Positions 23,911-33,274 of a stretch of DNA of 64,000 nt are shown piece by piece. The stretch covers positions 96,001 through 160,000 of the forward strand of contig CAXXMU010000006.1 of assembly GCA_963667785.2 (NCBI GenBank), in the 5' to 3' direction. Made by a program: the position numbers and the translations under genes. The DNA is from Alphaproteobacteria bacterium. Its GTDB lineage: Bacteria > Pseudomonadota > Alphaproteobacteria > UBA828. The notes beneath the pieces are model-generated. The model was given only the letters and a program-made list of their open reading frames with translations, had not been told where the DNA came from and ran no database searches. The stretch's first letter is position 1. Every line of letters begins with the position of its first letter.

Positions 23911-25143
23911 ATGGATCGCGCGGCGTGCGAGAGGCTGGACCGGGAGTGCCCGCTGGCGCACTGCCGGGAGCGCTTCACCCTGCCGGAGGGGGTTCTCTAC
24001 TTCGACGGCAACTCCCTCGGGGCGCTGCCGAAGGCCACGGCCGCCGACATCGAGCGCCTGATCCGGACGGAATGGGGCCAGGGGCTCGTCGAGAGCTGGC
24101 TCGATGCCGACTGGTTCTTCCTCGCGCGCAGCACGGGCGACGCCATCGCGCCGCTGATCGGCGCATCCGCGGGCGAGGTGATCGTCGCGGACTCCACCTC
24201 CGTCAACATGTTCAAGCTGGCGGCCTCACTGCTGCGCCGCAGCGAGGGGCGGCGCAGGGTCGTCGCCGAGCGCGGCAACTTCCCGACCGTCACCTACATC
24301 CTGGAGGGGCTGGTCGGGCTCTTCGGCGAGCGCTTCGACCTCGCACTCGCGGATACCGCGCAGATTCCCGGCGCAATCGACGAGCGGACCGCGCTCACAG
24401 CCCTCACCCACGTCAACTTTCGCACCGGCGCCATGCACGACATGGCCGGGATCACGGCGCACTGCCGCCAGCGCGGCGTGCCCGTGATCTGGGACCTCAG
24501 CCACTCCGCCGGCGCGGTCCCGCTCGCGCTCAACCGCTGGGGCGTGGAATACGCCGTCGGCTGCACCTACAAGTTCCTGAATGGCGGGCCCGGCGCGCCG
24601 GCCTACGTCTACATGGCCGAGAGCGCCATCGCGGCGCACGAGCCGGCCGTCACCGGCTGGTTCGCGCACGCCGATCAGTTCGGCTTCGAGGACCGCTTCC
24701 GGCCGGCGGAGACCATCGACAAGTGCCTCGTCGGCACCCCGCCGGTCCTCTCGCTCCGCGCCGTTCGGCACGGCATCGCCTGCTTCGACGGCGTGACCAT
24801 GGAGGGTATCGCCGAGAAACTGCGGCGACTGTCGGACCTGCTGATCCGGCTCGTGGACGAGAGGCTCGCGAACTGCGGCTTCGTCCTCGCGACCCCGCGG
24901 GAGCCGACGAAGCGCGGCAGCCAAGTCTCGTTCAGGCATCCGCACGCCTACGCCGTCTCCAAGGCCCTTCGTGCCGAGGAGGTCGTGGTCGATTTCCGCA
25001 GCCCCGACATTCTCAGGTTCGGCATTGCGCCCCTCTACATCCGCCACGTCGACGTGTGGGACGCGGCGGACGCGCTGGCGCGGATCATGGCGGGCGAACG
25101 CTGGAAGGCGCACGTGACAGACACGCCCGGTCCGGTCACATAG
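23911..25143 (+). CDS. kynU: Kynureninase
   Basis: YFDGNSLG, DSTSVN, WDLSHSAG, GCTYKFLNGGPG (PLP lysine), RGSQVS. Confidence 0.9.
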   Translation: MDRAACERLDRECPLAHCRERFTLPEGVLYFDGNSLGALPKATAADIERLIRTEWGQGLVESWLDADWFFLARSTGDAIAPLIGASAGEVIVADSTSVNMFKLAASLLRRSEGRRRVVAERGNFPTVTYILEGLVGLFGERFDLALADTAQIPGAIDERTALTALTHVNFRTGAMHDMAGITAHCRQRGVPVIWDLSHSAGAVPLALNRWGVEYAVGCTYKFLNGGPGAPAYVYMAESAIAAHEPAVTGWFAHADQFGFEDRFRPAETIDKCLVGTPPVLSLRAVRHGIACFDGVTMEGIAEKLRRLSDLLIRLVDERLANCGFVLATPREPTKRGSQVSFRHPHAYAVSKALRAEEVVVDFRSPDILRFGIAPLYIRHVDVWDAADALARIMAGERWKAHVTDTPGPVT

Positions 25144-25179
25144 GACGAGCAGCGCACGAGGCAGGCAGGGGAGAACGGG

Positions 25180-25965
25180 GTGGCCCATCACGACCGCTAC
25201 AGCGAGACGGGCTCGGGGCCGGCGGTGGTCTTCAGCCACGGGACCCTCATGGACGCGACGATGTTCGCCCCCCAGCTCGACCACCTGGCGGAGCGGGGCT
25301 ACCGGGCGCTCGCCTACAACAGCCGGGTGCTCACGGGCGCGCCGGCGCCGCACACGCTCGGCGATCTGGTCGAGGACTGCCGCGCGCTGCTCGACGACCT
25401 CGGCATCGGCAGGTGCGTTCTCGCCGGCATGTCGGTGGGCGGCTTCATGGCCCTCGAATTCGCGCTCGCCTACCCCGAGCGGCTGCAGGGGCTGATTCTC
25501 ATCGCCGCCACCTCGCAAGCGTACACGGCCGAGGAGCGCGCCGCCTACCATGGACGGTTCGACGAGCTCGACGTGGACGGCATGGTGCCGAGGGACTTCG
25601 CTGAATGGGTGGCGCCCTTCTGCTTCGGCGAGACGACGCTGGCACGGAACCGGCCGCTGGTGAACCGCTGGATCGAGCGCTGGGCGACGACGGTGCCGGC
25701 GCGCGCGGTTCTCTTCCAGGGCCGGTCGTGGATCGACAAGGAGGACATCACCGCCAGGCTCGCGAGCGTGGACGTGCCCGCGCTCGTGGTCCACGGCGAG
25801 GAGGACGTGCCGCTCCCCATCGCCCGCGCGCTGCCGATGGCGGACGCGCTGCCCGACGCGACGCTCGAGCGCGTGGCGCAGGCCGGCCACTCGGTCAATC
25901 TGGAGGCGCCTCAGGCCGTCAACGCGGCGATTGCGGCCTTTCTCGGCCGCCTCGATCTGTCATAA
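25180..25965 (+). CDS. Alpha/beta hydrolase
   Basis: HG motif, GMSVGG, GEED, AGH. Confidence 0.88.
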   Translation: MAHHDRYSETGSGPAVVFSHGTLMDATMFAPQLDHLAERGYRALAYNSRVLTGAPAPHTLGDLVEDCRALLDDLGIGRCVLAGMSVGGFMALEFALAYPERLQGLILIAATSQAYTAEERAAYHGRFDELDVDGMVPRDFAEWVAPFCFGETTLARNRPLVNRWIERWATTVPARAVLFQGRSWIDKEDITARLASVDVPALVVHGEEDVPLPIARALPMADALPDATLERVAQAGHSVNLEAPQAVNAAIAAFLGRLDLS

Positions 25966-26016
25966 GGCGACCGAAGCGAACCCGCTCACCACCCAGCGAC
26001 GAAAGGAACCCAGGCC

Positions 26017-26601
26017 ATGTCGAACTCCGCCCTCCTCGTGCTGCACTTCCAGAACGGCGTCGCCCACCCCGACGGCGTGTGGGGGAAATACCTCTTTTCC
26101 CAGGTCGAGAAGAACGGATCGGTCGGCAATGCGCGGCGCGCGCTGGAGGCCGCCCGCAGCCGCGGCATGCTGGTGATCTACGTGAACATCGCCTGGCGGC
26201 CCGGCTTCCCGGAGCTGCCCGACGACACCTGCGGGCTGCTCAAGGAGGCGAAGGACAACAACGAGTGCCTCGTCGGCTCCTGGGGCGCCGACGTGATCGA
26301 CGAGCTCAAGCCGGAGGGGAACGAGATCGTCGTCATCAACTTCGGCTCGGACAGCTTCGAGGGAACCGACCTCGACCTGATCCTGAGGAACCGGGGGATC
26401 GGAAAGCTCTACGTCGTCGGCCAGTGCATCGAGCATGTGGTAGCGACGACGGTCAAGCGCGCCGTCAACATGGGCTACTCCGCCGCGATCCTGAAGGACT
26501 GCACCAGCGGCTTCACCGACCAGAACTACGACGCCATGGTCGAGATCATGCCGCTCTACGCCGACCTGATCACGGCGGACGACTTCGTCGCCAGCAACTG
26601 A
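26017..26601 (+). CDS. Isochorismatase/cysteine hydrolase-fold protein with an atypical active site
   Basis: ALLVLHFQN, GSWGA..IDEL.P, SFEGTDLDLILR. Confidence 0.85.
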   Translation: MSNSALLVLHFQNGVAHPDGVWGKYLFSQVEKNGSVGNARRALEAARSRGMLVIYVNIAWRPGFPELPDDTCGLLKEAKDNNECLVGSWGADVIDELKPEGNEIVVINFGSDSFEGTDLDLILRNRGIGKLYVVGQCIEHVVATTVKRAVNMGYSAAILKDCTSGFTDQNYDAMVEIMPLYADLITADDFVASN

Positions 26602-26609
26602 CGCGCTGG

Positions 26610-26778
26610 CCCGGCAAGTCTTCTCGTCATGCCCGGACTCGTTCCGGGCATCTCTATCGGCCTAGTGCGGCTGCGAGACGTGGATGGCCGGGACACCCCC
26701 GGACTTGTTCCGGGGGCCGGCCATGACGTGCAGGGGGCACCTCGTCAACGCTGCCAATCTTCTCGATCGGGACACTAG
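26610..26778. mobile_element. MITE-like element family B, copy 3 (left end missing)
   Basis: CCCGGCAAGTC..TCGTCATGCCCGG and CATGACGTGCAGGGGGCACCTCGTC match the 58404 copy; right end TCTCGATCGGGACACTAG. Confidence 0.78.
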
Positions 26779-27977
26779 CCGGTCTCCGGCTCCTGCCGAT
26801 GCAGCACGCGGTCCTCGGCGAGCCGGGTGATGTCGGCGGCGGCGTAGCCGAGCTCTCCGAGAATCGCCGCGTTGTCGGCGCCGAGCCAGGGCGCGATGGA
26901 GCGGATCGCGGCCGGAGTCGCGGTGAAACGGGCCGCCGGCCTCGGCTGGCGCACCGGGCCGAGAGCGGGATCGTCGCGGACCTCGATGATCCCGTTCTCA
27001 ACCACCTGGGCGTCCGCGATCACGTCTGAGCGCCTCAGCACCGGCGCGGCGGGCACGACCTCGCGGTCGAGACGCGCGAGGATGTCCGCCGTCGGCCACC
27101 TGGCGATCTCCCGGTTCATGATGGTCCGGCGCTCGGCCCGGTTGCGGCCGCGCGCCGCCGCGGTCCTGAAGCGCGGGTCCTCGGTCAGCTCCTCGCGGCC
27201 GAACGCGCGGCACATCCCGGCCCATTCCGCGTCCGTGACGGCGGCTGCGGTGATGTAACCGTCGGCGGTGCGGAAGATCAGGTCGGGCCCCGCCTGCTCC
27301 TGCGCCGGGTCCTGCTCGTTCTCGAGAAAGGTGAGCGGCGCGCTCGCCTCCGGCCAGAGATAGGCGACCATGGTGTCGAGCATGGCGAGGCGGACGTGCT
27401 GGCCCTTGCCGGTGCGCTCGCGCGCGAACAGCGCCGCCGTGATCGCCTGCGCCGCGGTCAGGGACGTCGTCTTGTCGGGAACGATGGTGCGCACCATGCG
27501 CGGGCGGCCGGTCTCGTTGTCGGCCTGGATATCGCAGAGCCCGCAGAGCGCCTGGATGACCGAATCGTAGACCCGCTGGTGCGCGTAGGGCCCTGACTCG
27601 CCGAAGCCGCTGATCGAGACGAAGACGATATCGGGCCTGAGTTCGCGAACCACGTCCTCGCCGAGCCCCATGCGCTCGATCGCGCCGGGCCGGAAGTTCT
27701 GCACCAGCACGTCGGCGGTCGCCGCGAGCCTGCGCACGATGGCGAGCCCGTCTGCGGTCTTGAGGTCGACGCAGAGCGAGCGTTTCGAGCGGTTGCAGGA
27801 GAGGAAGGCGGCGGACATGCCGCGGTGGACGACACCGTACTGCCGCATGATGTCGCCCGCTGGCGATTCGATCTTGATCACGTCGGCGCCCTGGTCGGCG
27901 AGCATCATGGTCGCCACCGGGCCCGAGACCATGGTCGTCAGGTCGAGAACGCGGACGCCGTCGAGAGGGCCGGGCAT
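26775..27977 (-). CDS. CaiB/BaiF class III CoA-transferase
   Basis: LDGVRVLDL, GADVIKIE, NRSKRS, QNFRPG, catalytic Asp in VPDKTT, GQHV. Confidence 0.93.
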   Translation of the reverse strand: MPGPLDGVRVLDLTTMVSGPVATMMLADQGADVIKIESPAGDIMRQYGVVHRGMSAAFLSCNRSKRSLCVDLKTADGLAIVRRLAATADVLVQNFRPGAIERMGLGEDVVRELRPDIVFVSISGFGESGPYAHQRVYDSVIQALCGLCDIQADNETGRPRMVRTIVPDKTTSLTAAQAITAALFARERTGKGQHVRLAMLDTMVAYLWPEASAPLTFLENEQDPAQEQAGPDLIFRTADGYITAAAVTDAEWAGMCRAFGREELTEDPRFRTAAARGRNRAERRTIMNREIARWPTADILARLDREVVPAAPVLRRSDVIADAQVVENGIIEVRDDPALGPVRQPRPAARFTATPAAIRSIAPWLGADNAAILGELGYAAADITRLAEDRVLHRQEPETG

Positions 27978-27980
27978 GGC

Positions 27981-28637
27981 TCAGACCTCCGGCACGCCGC
28001 GCCCGCCGTAGTTGCGCGGATAGGTCTTTGCGTAAGCCGGGCGCGCCCGCATGCGGACGCGGTAATCGCGCAGCCAGTCCGGCAGGGCGAGCTCGTAGTG
28101 CTGGGCGGCGTCCAGGCAGGACATGAAGAGAATGTCGGCGACGCTGATCCTCTCCCCCATCAGGAAGGGGCCGGCGCCGGCGATCCGCTCCTGCATGCGC
28201 TCGAGCTGGTGGTCGAAGTAGCCGATGGCCGCGCTGACGGCGATCGGCGAGGCGCCGTATATCTCGACCAGGTCCCCGTGGCGCCGGATGCTGTAGATCG
28301 CGTTGGCGTCGAGTTCGCTCATGATGAAGAAGGACCATTCGAGCAGCCGCGCCCGCCCGAGCGCATCGCGGGGCACGCAGACGTGATCCGGCACCGGAAA
28401 GGTCTCGGTCATGTAGGTCATGATCGCGGCGCTCTCGGTCAGGCGGATATCGCCGTGGACCATCGCAGGCACCTTGTGCCGCGGGTTGATGGCGAGGAAT
28501 TCGTCGGTCCAGGTCTCGCCGGTGCGCGGGCCGATCGGGCGGTGCTCGTAGTCGAGGCCCAGTTCCTCCGCGAGCCAGAGCGTGCGGTGGGTCCGCATGG
28601 TGCCGGCGCCCCAGAGGACGAGTTCTTGGGTCGTCAT
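27981..28637 (-). CDS. Glutathione S-transferase family protein
   Basis: INPRHKVP, LTESAAI, FLMGERISVADI. Confidence 0.9.
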   Translation of the reverse strand: MTTQELVLWGAGTMRTHRTLWLAEELGLDYEHRPIGPRTGETWTDEFLAINPRHKVPAMVHGDIRLTESAAIMTYMTETFPVPDHVCVPRDALGRARLLEWSFFIMSELDANAIYSIRRHGDLVEIYGASPIAVSAAIGYFDHQLERMQERIAGAGPFLMGERISVADILFMSCLDAAQHYELALPDWLRDYRVRMRARPAYAKTYPRNYGGRGVPEV

Positions 28638-28695
28638 GTCATGCTCCTCAGAGTGTCCAAGCCACGGCCCCGACGCTCCGAGCGGCCGGGCCGGT

Positions 28696-29676
28696 TCAGA
28701 CGCTCTCGATGCTCGCCTCGGCGATCAGCCGGTTGATCGCGCGGCGTTCGTCCTGCGCCTCGTCCACCGAGACGGCGCGGAAGCGGTAGACGTCCCCCGG
28801 CTTGGACTGGGCGAGCTTCCAGAACGCAGCCGACGGCACCGTGTAGGGGTTGATGAAGCCGCCGGTGGAGGGGCCGTCGTTGACCAGGATGATCGGCGTC
28901 TGCCCGCAGAGGTTGACGGCGCCGACGGGATAGCCGTGGTCGAGGATGTTGGACGGGTCCTCGCCGTGCTCGGGCCGCTTGTCGGTCGCCTTCCCGGCGA
29001 AGCTCCAGGCCGGGCCGTCGAGGCGGAAGCCGGTGCGGTTGCTGCGCGACTGCACGGTCCAGTCGCTCTCCAGGAACCGCCGCTTGCCGGCCTCGTCGAT
29101 CCAGTCGTCGTTGGGGCCGGGCACCGCCTCCATCCGCCACACCCGCTCGCCCGTGAGCGGCGGCCGGCACGCCTCCCGCACCCGCCGGCCGGGCGCGCCC
29201 GCCTGCGCGCCGTCGCCGAGCGGCAGGTTCTGGCCGGCCTTGAGCGCATGGCCGTCGAGCCCGCCGATGCCCGCCTGGTGGAAGGTCGCGCGCGAGCCCA
29301 GCACAGGCGCCGTGTCGATGCCGCCGGCGACGGCGAGATAGGCGCGGGCGCCGGTGCGCGCGAAGCCCAGCCCGAGCGCCTGGCCGGCGCGGACCGAAAA
29401 ACTCTCCCACATGGGTGCCGGCGCGTTGTCGAGGGTGGGCTGCATGTCGGCGCCGGTGACGGCGACCACGGCGTCCCGCTCGAAACGCAGCACGGGCCCG
29501 GTGAACTGGCACTCCAGGCCGGCGGCGTCCGCCGGGTTGCCCACCAGCAGATTGGCGAGGCGGAAGGACCAGTCGTCCATGGGCCCTGAGAAGGGGAAGC
29601 CCTGCTCCCAGTAGCCGATGCGGCCCGGCCAGTCCTGCACCGTGGTCTCGAGCCCGGGCTTGACGACGTGCAGCAT
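28696..29676 (-). CDS. Carboxyltransferase subdomain A/B protein (PxpC/KipA-like)
   Basis: TTVQDWPGR.G, SGPMD..S.RLAN.LVGN, SNRTG.RL, DGPSTGG. Confidence 0.88.
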   Translation of the reverse strand: MLHVVKPGLETTVQDWPGRIGYWEQGFPFSGPMDDWSFRLANLLVGNPADAAGLECQFTGPVLRFERDAVVAVTGADMQPTLDNAPAPMWESFSVRAGQALGLGFARTGARAYLAVAGGIDTAPVLGSRATFHQAGIGGLDGHALKAGQNLPLGDGAQAGAPGRRVREACRPPLTGERVWRMEAVPGPNDDWIDEAGKRRFLESDWTVQSRSNRTGFRLDGPAWSFAGKATDKRPEHGEDPSNILDHGYPVGAVNLCGQTPIILVNDGPSTGGFINPYTVPSAAFWKLAQSKPGDVYRFRAVSVDEAQDERRAINRLIAEASIESV

Positions 29677-29678
29677 GG

Positions 29679-30548
29679 TCAGAACCGCACCGTCTCGTCG
29701 ATCCCGGCGAGCCAGGCGTGGTAGTTGCGGATCGAGAAGCGCTGGTACTCGGCCACGTTGTGGAGGTAGGTGCCGGCGTCTACCTGGGCGGCGACGTGGT
29801 CGTACTCGTCCGCGCTCGCCGGGATGAAGCGCACGCGGTCGCCCGGCCGGAAGAGCGCGAGGCTCTCTGCGAAGGCGGCTAGCCGCTGCGCCGGGTCCCA
29901 GATCGGCACCGGGGTGCGCGCGATCATCTGGTAGCCGCCCGGCGTCCGGTCGGGATAGATCGAGCAGAGCGAGCCGCCGATGCCGATGGTGCCCTTGTAG
30001 GTCCAGGTGCGCGGCGGGTCGTACTTGGGCGCGGTGAGCCGGCAGCGCGGATCGAGCGGCATCAGCGAGACGAGGCCGGGGTAGAAACCCAGTGCGGCCA
30101 CCCAGTAGTCGGTGCCGGAATGGACCCGGGCGAGCTGGGCCAGGTCGGAAAGCCCGTTGAGGCGGGCCACCAGCTCCGGGTCGCGCTCCTTCTCCGCGAT
30201 CTTCGCGCAGTAGTCGTCGTAGCACTCGCGCGTCCAGGGGTCGAAGTAGCGGATCGGCAGGTAGAAGATGCGGCTGTCGAGCTCCAGCCCGTCGAGGGGG
30301 CCGACGGCGTGGAAGAGCGCGGTCACCTCCGCCACCACGTCGGCGTAGGCGATGCGCTCGAAGTCGTAGCTGATCATAATCGAGGTGAGCTCGGGCACGA
30401 TCTCGACGATGCCGTCTGGGCCCTGCTCGCGGATCAGCCGGGAGACGCTGTGCACGCGGAAGTTGAGATCGAAGCTCATCTCGTCGCCGAGCTCCATCTC
30501 GATGAAGCGGTCGCCGCCGGGGCGGAACAGGGGCTCCGCGAAGATCAC
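29679..30548 (-). CDS. Carboxyltransferase subdomain C/D protein (PxpB/KipI-like)
   Basis: GFYPG, PPRTWT, GIGG, IYP..TPGGYQ.IARTP, PGDRVRF; GTG start. Confidence 0.87.
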   Translation of the reverse strand: MIFAEPLFRPGGDRFIEMELGDEMSFDLNFRVHSVSRLIREQGPDGIVEIVPELTSIMISYDFERIAYADVVAEVTALFHAVGPLDGLELDSRIFYLPIRYFDPWTRECYDDYCAKIAEKERDPELVARLNGLSDLAQLARVHSGTDYWVAALGFYPGLVSLMPLDPRCRLTAPKYDPPRTWTYKGTIGIGGSLCSIYPDRTPGGYQMIARTPVPIWDPAQRLAAFAESLALFRPGDRVRFIPASADEYDHVAAQVDAGTYLHNVAEYQRFSIRNYHAWLAGIDETVRF

Positions 30549-30703
30549 GGGGCCACGCCCTGCCCGGCCCCGCGGCGCAGGCCCCGCCGCCGCCCTCGCC
30601 TTGCCTGCCGCGCGGCCGATGACGCATACTCGCCGGCCGTGAGCCGGCACAGGCGGGGGAACATCGTCGCGCGGCACCCCGTATGCAATTCAGGGAGATG
30701 ATG

Positions 30704-32275
30704 ATGCATCCGACGAGAGCTGTTCTGGCGGCCGGCGTCCTTGGCGCGTTCGGCGCGGCCATGACGATGCCCGCCTACGCGGAGACCGACTATGTCGCGA
30801 AATACGGGATCAAGGAAGACCATCCGGGCATCTGCTCCTACGCGTCGACCGACGCCAAGGACTACACCGGGCACGAGATCACCATCCTGACCCACGCCGT
30901 GCCGGTGATGGGCGAGCCGGTGGCGCTCCACTCCAAGCAGTTCGAGGAGCTGACCGGCGGCACGGTCAACGTGGTGCATGCTCCCTTCGGCGAGCTCTAC
31001 CAGAAGGTGATGATCCCCTTCCAGACGGGCCAGCACGTCTATGACATCGTCTACGGCGGCTCCTACTGGATCGGCGACTGGGCGCCGCACCTGGCGGCCG
31101 TTCCCCAGAAATATCTCGACACCGACGAGATGAAGGACATCACGCCGGCCTACCAGGGCGTCGCGAGCTGGAACGGCGAGCGCCTGCAGTACACCTTCGA
31201 CGGCGACCGGAACTACTTCAAGTACATCCTGCCGCCCTTCGAGGACGCCGAGAACCAGGCCAAGTTCAAGGCCGAGTACGGCCGCGATCTGGCAGTGCCG
31301 ACGACCTGGGAGGAATATGCCGAGGTCGCCACCTTCTTCAGCGGCTGGGACTGGGACGGCGACGGCGAGCTGGAATACGGCTCCACCGAGATCGTCAAGC
31401 GCGACGACGTGGCCTTCGCCAACTTCATCACCCGCGTCGCCTCCTACGCCAAGAACCCCAACGTCACCGGCGGCTTCTGGTTCGACCTCGAGACCATGAC
31501 CCCGCAGGTCAACAACCCGGGCTTCGTCAAGGGGCTCGAGATGTGGATGGACGCGCTCCGCTACATGCCGCCCGGCGGTATCAACTTCGGCATCGGCGAG
31601 GAGATCTTCTCCTGGGGCGGCGGTGAATCGCTGATGAGCGTCACCTGGGACGACGCCTTCATCCAGGCGATGCAGCCGGATTCGCCGATCCGCAACAAGA
31701 TCCGCGTCGGCACCCAGTACGGCCCCTCCATGGGCTCGCACAAGGTGTGGAACCGGGTCAGCGGGCAGTGGGACGAGTTCGAGACTCCCTCGGTCGCGCC
31801 CTACGTGACCTGGGGCTGGGGCGCCGGCGTCTCCAAGTACAGTGAAGAGCAGGAGATGGCGTTCGACTGGTTCTGCTTCTTCTCGAACTACGCCAACACC
31901 AACCACGACCTGCTGATCGGCCGCTTCGGCGTCAACCCCTTCCGCACCAGCCACATGGATCCCGACTATTGGGAAATGGAGGCCGGCTGGGATCGCGCGG
32001 TGGCCGAGAGCTTCACGGTCATGCTGCGGGGCATGGACACGAGCACCAACCGGGTCTTCGACCTGCGCGTGCCCGGCGTCAATCAGTTCTACACCGCCAT
32101 GATGGCGGGCGTCGCCAAGGCGATGGCGGGCGAGATGGGCGCCCAGGCCGCGCTCGACGAGGTCGCCGAGGAATGGACCCGCATCGCCGACCGCATCGGC
32201 GTCGACGTCATCCGCGAGGCCTACAAGAACGTGGTGGCGCTCGAGGACAACGTCTCGCTGGATCAGGTGCAATAG
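30704..32275 (+). CDS. Carbohydrate-type (CUT1) ABC substrate-binding protein
   Basis: Signal peptide; FEELTG..V, VPTTWEEY; DWDGDG Ca-loop; followed by CUT1 permeases. Confidence 0.87.
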   Translation: MHPTRAVLAAGVLGAFGAAMTMPAYAETDYVAKYGIKEDHPGICSYASTDAKDYTGHEITILTHAVPVMGEPVALHSKQFEELTGGTVNVVHAPFGELYQKVMIPFQTGQHVYDIVYGGSYWIGDWAPHLAAVPQKYLDTDEMKDITPAYQGVASWNGERLQYTFDGDRNYFKYILPPFEDAENQAKFKAEYGRDLAVPTTWEEYAEVATFFSGWDWDGDGELEYGSTEIVKRDDVAFANFITRVASYAKNPNVTGGFWFDLETMTPQVNNPGFVKGLEMWMDALRYMPPGGINFGIGEEIFSWGGGESLMSVTWDDAFIQAMQPDSPIRNKIRVGTQYGPSMGSHKVWNRVSGQWDEFETPSVAPYVTWGWGAGVSKYSEEQEMAFDWFCFFSNYANTNHDLLIGRFGVNPFRTSHMDPDYWEMEAGWDRAVAESFTVMLRGMDTSTNRVFDLRVPGVNQFYTAMMAGVAKAMAGEMGAQAALDEVAEEWTRIADRIGVDVIREAYKNVVALEDNVSLDQVQ

Positions 32276-32317
32276 GACCGGCGGCAATCGGGACCGACGA
32301 CGGGTCCTGCATGAAGA

Positions 32318-32343
32318 GACCGGCGGGCTGAGGCCCGCCGGTC
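32318..32343 (+). terminator. Stem-loop between the binding-protein and permease genes
   Basis: GACCGGCGGGC-TGAG-GCCCGCCGGTC followed by GTTCTTC. Confidence 0.55.
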
Positions 32344-32358
32344 GTTCTTCGCCCGGCC

Positions 32359-33243
32359 ATGCTGGATTCGCGCTACAAGCACGTCTTCCTGCTTCCGGCG
32401 CTGCTCGCGCTGGTCGCGATCATCATCTTCCCGCTGATCTACACGGTGCGCCTCAGCTTCTCCGGCTGGGACGTGAACTTCCCCGAGCTCGACTACATCG
32501 GCTGGGAGAACTACGCCCGCGCCATCGCCGACGGGCGCTTCTGGGATTCCATGGGCACCCTCTACCTGATGGTGCTGCTCTGCGTGGTCTTCGAGTACCT
32601 GCTCGGCTTCGCGCTGGCGCTCCTGCTCTGGCACGACGTGAAGGCCGGGCGCTTCTTCCGCGTGCTCTTCATCGTGCCGATGTGCGTGACGCCCGTGGTG
32701 ATGGCGGTGGTCTGGCGCACCATCTTTCACGAGACGCTCGGGCCGCTGAACGACGTGCTGAGCTGGTTCGGCATCCCGGCGGTGCCGTGGCTGAGCAAGT
32801 CCGGCCCCGCCTTCGCCGCGGTCGTCATCATCGACGTCTGGCAGTGGACCTCCTTCATGTTCATCCTGCTGCTGGCGGGGCTGATGTCGCTGCCGCGCGA
32901 ACCCTACGAGGCGGCGCAGATCGACGGCGCCGGGCCGATCCGCACCTTCGTGCACGTGACCTTCCCGCTAATGGCGCCGATCACCCTGGGCGCGCTGATC
33001 ATCCGCCTGATCGAATCCTCCAAGCTGATGGAGACGATCTACGCGCTGACCTCCGGCGGCCCCGGGTCCTCGACAGAGACGACGAGCTACCTGCTCTACA
33101 TCCGGGGCCTGCGCGAGTTCCAGATCGGCTACACCGCGTCGCTCTCGATCATCTATCTCGTGATCATGATCATCGCGCTGACCATCTTCGCCCGCATGAT
33201 GAGCCGCCTGATGATCGGCCGTCAGGGGCCGGTGCGCGCATGA
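32359..33243 (+). CDS. Sugar ABC permease
   Basis: EAAQIDGA EAA motif, WQWT, TSGGPG. Confidence 0.92.
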   Translation: MLDSRYKHVFLLPALLALVAIIIFPLIYTVRLSFSGWDVNFPELDYIGWENYARAIADGRFWDSMGTLYLMVLLCVVFEYLLGFALALLLWHDVKAGRFFRVLFIVPMCVTPVVMAVVWRTIFHETLGPLNDVLSWFGIPAVPWLSKSGPAFAAVVIIDVWQWTSFMFILLLAGLMSLPREPYEAAQIDGAGPIRTFVHVTFPLMAPITLGALIIRLIESSKLMETIYALTSGGPGSSTETTSYLLYIRGLREFQIGYTASLSIIYLVIMIIALTIFARMMSRLMIGRQGPVRA

Positions 33244-33274
33244 GCCGGGGCATGATCCGACGGGGCGCAGCGCC

